From positions 608,001 to 672,000 of the forward strand of contig CBDCXR010000004.1 in assembly GCA_965223845.1 (NCBI GenBank): a stretch of 64,000 nt of DNA. Reading direction: 5' to 3'. Made by a program: the position numbers and the translations under genes. This document shows, one piece after another, positions 58,391-64,000 of this stretch. Within the stretch, counting starts at the first letter, position 1, and the number at the start of each line of letters is the position of its first letter. A model generated the notes under the pieces. It worked only from the letters and a program-made list of their open reading frames with translations, searched no databases and was not told the DNA's origin. Origin of the DNA: Planctomycetota bacterium. Its GTDB lineage: Bacteria > Planctomycetota > UBA8108 > SXIK01.

Positions 58391-60169
58391 CTACGCGTCG
58401 ACCGAGACGGATTCGGGGCTCCCGGCAGGCGGCGCAGCTACGAGGGCCGCTTCGGAAGGAGTGGCCTCGACCCGAGACGCGGAGCGTCGGCGCGGCTCGA
58501 ACGCCCCGCGACCGGGGAGCGCGAGCCACGTGGAGAGGACACCCGTCAATATCCCAAGAACCGGATAGAGTTTCCAGTCGGCGAACGTCAGCGTCCCCAT
58601 GATCACTACGGGGAGCAGCGTCGAGTGGTAGAGCCGCATGGTCGTCGTCCCGCGGCGCTCCGCCTCGACGAGGCGGCGCGAAACCTGGATCGTGTGCGCG
58701 ACCTGGTCGAGCGATGAGTCGTCGATCTTCACGACCCTTCCGCTCGGGTTCGCGATCTTGAGCGTGTCGTCTCGCCGACTGATCTCGAACGTCACGTCGA
58801 CGAGCGCGCTCGCCTCGGGAAAGATCGGCGAGCCGGAGCGGGCGACGAGCGCCACCCGATTGCCGGCGCGGCGCAGGTTTTCGAGGAACTCGATCCTCTC
58901 CTCGGGACGGAGGCCGGCGCGAACCTCGACGTGCTTCTGATTCGACAACATGGTTTCGACGGTGTCCGGGGTATCACCGCTGATCACCTTGATGCCGATT
59001 CCGAGGCTGCGCAGAGACGAGAAGAACGAGTCCGCTTCCGGATGCCGCGGAACGTAGAGACTCACCGCGCCGACGGTCTTTCGGCTGAGACCCACGTAGA
59101 GCACGGTCTCGCCGCGGCCGTAGAGGGTACTCGTCTCGCCGCGGATCCGCTCGAGCTCGGCCGGCTCCCAGCCCTTCTCCTCGAGCCATTCGAGATTCCC
59201 GAAGATCAGCTCCTGGCCGTTGTACTGCGCGGCGACACCGCGGCCGGGCTCGTGCCGGAAGGTCTTGATCCTCGGCACCGTGCGGAGCGCGCTCCGCACC
59301 CGACGGAGGATCGCCTGGCGAATCGGATTCGGTGTAACGGCGTACTCCGAAACGGCAGCCAAGTGAAGGACATCGTCTTCCGTTCGACTGGCGTCGAGGC
59401 TGAGCACTTCGCGGATTTCGCACTGGTTCGTCGTGATCACATCGCTCCGCTCCACGACGACCCAGTCGATCTCGGAGAGCGCACTCGGCGTGAGCACTTC
59501 GGAGGCCGGAAGGTATTCGCGCGTGAGACGGCGGAGGACCCGAGCCGCGTTTCGAAAGCTGTCCGGAACGACGGTGGCGGAGAAGGCGAGCGCGAGGGCG
59601 AGCGTTCCGGCCATGCCGTGGAGACCCCACCACGACGGCGAGATCAGCGCAAGGAAGATGACGACGATCGCCGGAAGCCCGACACCAGCGACGAACACGA
59701 CGCGGGAATTCCTTGCGGACGCGTCGACGAGCGGCTCGTCATCTCGGAGCGACGAGTACGACCGGCAGGTGACGAGAACGAAGTGACGGAGCGCGAGAAT
59801 CGAGACCGCGCTCGCGTAGTAGTAGAGCGGGGCCGCCGGCTGGTCGGCGAGTGGGGCGACGAGCCGGTGGCCCGCGGTTGCGGCCGCCGTCACGGTGAAG
59901 CCGTACACGATCCCGATGATCGCCGCGAGGCTGGTGAGGGCGTTGTGGTCGAAGCGGCCGAGGATGACGATCGATGCGAGCCCGTTGTTCAGCGTGGACC
60001 GGCAGAGCCAACAGCCGGTGAGAGCGAGCCCGAACGCACCGCACTGAACGAGCAGGTTCGGGGTCGTCGCGAGGGCGGCGGCCCAAAGAAGCGTCAGGAT
60101 CGAGCCGGCGGCAAGGCGAGATAAAGAATCCTTGCGCTGCGCCGGGGCAAGGGGTAGAGGGAAGACCAT
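58391..60169 (-). CDS. Degenerate P1B-type ATPase-like membrane protein (catalytic motifs lost)
   Basis: Colinear with heavy-metal ATPase N/P domains (PGRGV, IFGN, GETVLYV, ISGD, LRPEER) but DKTGT, HP, GDGxND, CPC and the actuator domain are absent. Confidence 0.75.
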   Translation of the reverse strand: MVFPLPLAPAQRKDSLSRLAAGSILTLLWAAALATTPNLLVQCGAFGLALTGCWLCRSTLNNGLASIVILGRFDHNALTSLAAIIGIVYGFTVTAAATAGHRLVAPLADQPAAPLYYYASAVSILALRHFVLVTCRSYSSLRDDEPLVDASARNSRVVFVAGVGLPAIVVIFLALISPSWWGLHGMAGTLALALAFSATVVPDSFRNAARVLRRLTREYLPASEVLTPSALSEIDWVVVERSDVITTNQCEIREVLSLDASRTEDDVLHLAAVSEYAVTPNPIRQAILRRVRSALRTVPRIKTFRHEPGRGVAAQYNGQELIFGNLEWLEEKGWEPAELERIRGETSTLYGRGETVLYVGLSRKTVGAVSLYVPRHPEADSFFSSLRSLGIGIKVISGDTPDTVETMLSNQKHVEVRAGLRPEERIEFLENLRRAGNRVALVARSGSPIFPEASALVDVTFEISRRDDTLKIANPSGRVVKIDDSSLDQVAHTIQVSRRLVEAERRGTTTMRLYHSTLLPVVIMGTLTFADWKLYPVLGILTGVLSTWLALPGRGAFEPRRRSASRVEATPSEAALVAAPPAGSPESVSVDA

Positions 60170-60576
60170 GCCAGTTCATCGGCCTTCACGCGGCGTCGAT
60201 TGAGCTCCTTCCGCTCGGGAGCGAGATGGGTGGGTGATCGCGGTGTTCCGATCTTTGCCGAAAGGAGCTCGCGTCGCTGGGAAGCGCGCGCGGCCGGACC
60301 GCTCGGCGCCGACGACTCGGGCGCGGAGACGCGCCGGTAATCCATCCGCGGCGAGCTGATTTCGTCGAGGTGGTTCTGCCCCCGTCGTTCTGGGAGCGGG
60401 GCGGGTTCCCGCGAGAGAATCGGGGCTCCGGGTTCGATCCGCCGCGAAAGTCGCGCGCGCAGGACCCGCGCGCGACGGCCGGAGCGGGGAATCGTCCGTC
60501 GCGTCCTCGGCGCGGCACTCCGAACTCACCCGAGCTGGCAAAGGTGCGTGAGTCCGAGCGCCGAATCGGTAGAGTT

Positions 60577-61452
60577 ATGCAGTACCCCTCCGTTCAGCTC
60601 GTCGTCGGCGACAGCGTCGAGGACGCCGTCGAAAAGATCTCGGCCGCGGCCGGAAACGCCGGGCTGGAGCTCTATTCGATGCACGCGGTGAACGCGCTCC
60701 ACCCACTCTGCGAAGTCTGTCAATTCTTCCAGACGAGGTTCGACGGGCGCGACGCGATCGTCGTCGTGATGGTCGGCGAGTGGGACGACGAGCGCCTCAT
60801 CCGAATTCTCAACATCCTGCTCGAGATCCGGCTCGAAGTCGGAACTCAGCGCCTCGCGCCGCTCTTTCGGATTCACTCGGCGCACCCGCTCCCTTCGGTC
60901 GTGTCCACGCTGTTTGCGGACGGGCCGGTCGGCGCGTTCGAGTGTCGCGCGGTGCCGGTCGTCGGATTCGGGAGCGATGTCTCCCCGCATTCGGCGCTCC
61001 ATCTCGCGACGGTGGCGAAGTACCTGCTTCGCGAAGTCTTCGCCGTCGAGGTCGATTTTTGGTCCGACAGCGGTGAACAGTCGATCGCGCAGGTGATGCG
61101 CGAGCGCCTCGCGGTCGAATCGTTTCCGGAAGACGGGGCTCCGCTCAACACGCTGATCGCCCTCGGCTTCCTCTTCGGCGAACGGCAGCGCGCTCGTTAT
61201 CGCTACGTGAGCCACTGGGTACAGTTGAAGGAGCTCGGCCCTTGGCCCGGCGTGATCTTCACGAACGAGCAGCAGGATGAAGGTGGCGGCGATGACCCCG
61301 AAGACGGCGCGGAACGGGCGGTCCGGCGCGTCGCCTTCAGTCCGATCTCGATCGTGCTGAGCGCGTACCAGCAGTCCGTTCCCGATGTACTCGTACGCGC
61401 CGCCGCCGAGCTCGCGCGGCGCTGCGAGAGCGAGCTCGGACCGGCGCCCTGA
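60577..61452 (+). CDS. Hypothetical protein
   Basis: 291-codon ORF with host-like codon usage and ordinary globular composition; no motif recognised. Confidence 0.7.
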   Translation: MQYPSVQLVVGDSVEDAVEKISAAAGNAGLELYSMHAVNALHPLCEVCQFFQTRFDGRDAIVVVMVGEWDDERLIRILNILLEIRLEVGTQRLAPLFRIHSAHPLPSVVSTLFADGPVGAFECRAVPVVGFGSDVSPHSALHLATVAKYLLREVFAVEVDFWSDSGEQSIAQVMRERLAVESFPEDGAPLNTLIALGFLFGERQRARYRYVSHWVQLKELGPWPGVIFTNEQQDEGGGDDPEDGAERAVRRVAFSPISIVLSAYQQSVPDVLVRAAAELARRCESELGPAP

Positions 61453-61705
61453 TCGGGGCGCCCGGCCCGGCGCTGGGTGGAGCGTTCGAGCGCTCCGCGG
61501 GAGAAGCCACGCGTGGCCTTGGCGTTCTTCGGAACGGTTTTTCGACGAGCGCTGCGACAAAAAGACGCGCTCGCTCGGCTTGATCCTAAGTCTATGGCAC
61601 CGAAGAATTTGACGGCGGGTTGAGACAGGCCGTTCACACCTCTGTCGGCGTGACTTCGCGAGCCCGCTCGGCGCTCGCGCGCTCGACCTCAGCCGCCCAC
61701 TCGTT

Positions 61706-61780
61706 GATTGGCGAGATGGGGATCCGTGGGCTCCGGATTCGCGAGATTGGGATTCGCGAAATCGGGGCTCGCGACTCGCA
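61706..61780. repeat. Degenerate 15-bp tandem repeat (about 5 copies)
   Basis: GATTGGCGAGATGGG / GATCCGTGGGCTCCG / GATTCGCGAGATTGG / GATTCGCGAAATCGG / GGCTCGCGACTCGCA. Confidence 0.55.
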
Positions 61781-61800
61781 CGATTCGGTGAGTTTCGACC

Positions 61801-63021
61801 ATGGAGTCTTCGTCGCCCACTCCGCGGCCGAGGAAGGCGAGCCCGTCCTTCGGGCAGCTCTTCCCGCAGCTGTTTCTCTTTCCGCTCCTCATCGTCGTCG
61901 TGTGCGTCCTGGTGTATCTCTTCTTCGTTGCGAGCGGACGCGATCACCGCACGATCGATCAGCTCCTCTCCGATATCGAGCGCGGCAGCGATCACGCGCG
62001 CGGGCAGGATGCCTACGCACTCGCGCTCCTCGTTCAGGATCTCGAGCCGGGACAGTTCCTCTCGCGCGAAGCGACCGAGCGGCTCCTCCGCCTTCACGAG
62101 CGGTTCCGCACGGAGCGCGACTTCGCTAAGTACATAGCACTCACGCTGGGACGCGCCGGACAGCCGGAGCTCGCACTGCCGGTGATGCGCGAGATCGCAC
62201 TCGCCGAGGACACCGATCCCGAAGGGCGTTTGACGGCCGTGACGGCGCTCGGGCTCACGAGCACGACCGGCGTCGCCGAGAGCGCGGCCGTCCTCACGCA
62301 GCTCGCCCGCGAGTACCAGCGCGACGACCAGTGGGAGATCCGTTGGCGCGCGCTCGGTGGCCTCGCCAACCTGCGGGCCGAAGCGGCCGTAGAGCTTCTT
62401 CGCGGTGCGCTGGGCGATCCCCGCCGCGAGATTCGCTGGAGCGCGGCCTGCTGGCTCGCGAACGTTTTCCGCGACCCGGCCGGCATCGATGTTCTCGAGC
62501 AACTCGTCTCGTGGGAGTTTCTCAGCGAGCAGCGCGGTGACCGCGACCGCGAGTTGCATTTTTCGGAGAAAGAAGGCTATATGATCCAGGCTCTCCGCGG
62601 GCTCGCTGAGCTTCGCGGGGCCGCGTCGCATGCGCTTCTCCGTGAGCTCCAGTCTGAATCGCCGAGCTTCAAGGTTCGCGACGCCGCCAGTCGAATTCTC
62701 GAGGCGGCGGCGGCCGGCGCGCCAACCGGCGGCGCGGGGCCCGAGGAGCGGGGAGGTGTGCCTCCAGCCGAGGATTCCGGTGGTGGGAGTCCGAAGGACA
62801 CGAATTCAACGGTGAACGGTACGGGCTCGGACGAACAGCGCGACGCGCCGCCGGATGACGAAACGGCGGTCGAGAACGAGGCGAGCCGCGCGCGGAGTGG
62901 AGACAGATCCCGCCCGCGCGGGCGATCGCTCATCGCGATGAGGCGAACGCGCTCGAACGAGTTTCCGACGCGGATGGATCTTCGGACGGCGGTTGGAGCG
63001 TCTAAAGGAGTGCCACTATGA
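61801..63021 (+). CDS. Membrane-anchored HEAT-repeat protein
   Basis: N-terminal TM helix; repeats ALTLG, AVTALG, IRWRALGGLA, IRWSAA, VRDAA; disordered C-terminus; ATGA overlap with the Rieske gene. Confidence 0.8.
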   Translation: MESSSPTPRPRKASPSFGQLFPQLFLFPLLIVVVCVLVYLFFVASGRDHRTIDQLLSDIERGSDHARGQDAYALALLVQDLEPGQFLSREATERLLRLHERFRTERDFAKYIALTLGRAGQPELALPVMREIALAEDTDPEGRLTAVTALGLTSTTGVAESAAVLTQLAREYQRDDQWEIRWRALGGLANLRAEAAVELLRGALGDPRREIRWSAACWLANVFRDPAGIDVLEQLVSWEFLSEQRGDRDRELHFSEKEGYMIQALRGLAELRGAASHALLRELQSESPSFKVRDAASRILEAAAAGAPTGGAGPEERGGVPPAEDSGGGSPKDTNSTVNGTGSDEQRDAPPDDETAVENEASRARSGDRSRPRGRSLIAMRRTRSNEFPTRMDLRTAVGASKGVPL

Positions 63022-63548
63022 GCAGCGAGACTTCGACCTCGGGTGGGACGACGCGGAGAAGCTTCATGGAGGGGGTAGCCGCGGGGTGGACCGCGTTTAC
63101 TCTCGCGACCGTGACCGGGCTTCTCGCCACGGCGCGGTTCATGTTCCCGAACGACCTTTTCGAGCCGCCGACCAAATTCAAGATCGGGAATCCGGCTGAC
63201 TTCCCCGCTTCGGCGGCGGGGGAGGTGAAGGACTTTCCCGAGCACCAGATTTGGGTCGTGCGTAATTTCGAAGGCTTCTACGTTCTCTCGACGATCTGCA
63301 CTCACCTCGGCTGCACGCCCAACTGGCTCAGCACCGAGCGAAAGTTCAAGTGCCCCTGCCACGGAAGCGGTTTCTACGTCTCCGGGGTGAACTTCGAGGG
63401 GCCGGCGCCGCGACCGCTCGAGCGATTCAAGGTGTCGCTAGCGCCGGACGGTCAGATCGAGGTCGACAAGACGCGAAAGTTCCAGCAGGAGCTGGGGCAG
63501 TGGGAAGACCCCGAGGCCTTTCTAAACCTGCCCTACGCGCAGGCCTGA
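63018..63548 (+). CDS. petC: Rieske [2Fe-2S] subunit of a cytochrome bc complex
   Basis: Twin-Arg TRRSF plus TM helix, CTHLGC, CPCHGS, GPAPRPL. Confidence 0.92.
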   Translation: MSSETSTSGGTTRRSFMEGVAAGWTAFTLATVTGLLATARFMFPNDLFEPPTKFKIGNPADFPASAAGEVKDFPEHQIWVVRNFEGFYVLSTICTHLGCTPNWLSTERKFKCPCHGSGFYVSGVNFEGPAPRPLERFKVSLAPDGQIEVDKTRKFQQELGQWEDPEAFLNLPYAQA

Positions 63549-63624
63549 GCCCAAAGAGATAGAAAGAATCGCGCGTGGAACTCTTCACGCGCGTTTTCGC
63601 GCCGGACCCCACAGGAGCGGCCCG

Positions 63625-64000
63625 TTGACTCTGTTTAAGAAAATCACGGACACCCAGATCTGGAAGTCGATCTTCCGGCACAAGTATCCGGACAACGCGC
63701 GCGATCAGGCGCTCGCGGTGCTGTCGAACGTCTTTCTACACCTTCATCCGATCAAGGTGCGGAAGAGCGGCGTGCGCATGAGCTTCACGTGGTGCATGGG
63801 GGGGATCACGTTCTTCCTCTTCCTCGTGGAGACGATCACCGGCATTCTCCTCATGTTCTACTACCGGCCGACGGTCGAGTACGCCTTCAATGACATCAAA
63901 GCGCTGAGGGAGCACGTTCCGCTCGGCATCATGCGCGAGCTCCATCGCTGGGGAGCCCACGCGATGGTGATCACGGTGTGGCTCCACATGCTGCGGGTGT
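63625..64000 (+). CDS. petB: Cytochrome b/b6 N-terminal subunit (partial, runs off the window)
   Basis: RBS AGGAG, TTG start; translated by hand: IWKSIFRH..FLHLHP..WCMGGITFFLF..TGILLMFYYRP..RELHRWGAHAMV..HMLRV. Confidence 0.9.
   Translation, partial: MTLFKKITDTQIWKSIFRHKYPDNARDQALAVLSNVFLHLHPIKVRKSGVRMSFTWCMGGITFFLFLVETITGILLMFYYRPTVEYAFNDIKALREHVPLGIMRELHRWGAHAMVITVWLHMLRV

Noticed and set aside
61595-61612. Sigma54 promoter at TGGCAC
   Set aside because: No TTGC at the required -12 spacing.
1-64000. CRISPR array, tRNA, rRNA, transposase or integrase
   Set aside because: None recognised by eye; the short repeats found lack spacers. A tRNAscan/Infernal run would be needed to exclude RNA genes fully.

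Overview
High-GC bacterial chromosomal window. The tandem-duplicated UvrA, FG-GAP/ASPIC-UnbV protein, GldAFG/DUF4340 ABC operon and dockerin-like exoproteins suggest Planctomycetota/PVC (inference). Most genes are housekeeping: waaF, lysS, HIT, uvrA, hpnA, trpEGDCF, rpsU, murJ, lnt, rpoN, a UvrD-family helicase, citrate synthase, an aminotransferase and the start of a Rieske/cytochrome b operon. No rRNA, tRNA, CRISPR array or mobile element was recognised. Strongest signal: two in-frame ORFs (3776-5677 and 5678-7798) are split mid-domain by one TGA followed by an fdhF-like SECIS hairpin, implying a ~1340-aa secreted FG-GAP/ASPIC-UnbV/thioredoxin/TPR selenoprotein (DL-U-SFFWRQVV). Also notable: a cluster of secreted cohesin-like/dockerin-like proteins (40.9-52.4 kb) interspersed with Cys-less thioredoxin folds, an intact but catalytically degenerate P1B-ATPase derivative, a 1278-aa aromatic FPLF-repeat envelope protein, and a candidate trp attenuator. 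All calls come from reading the sequence and motifs; no searches were run.
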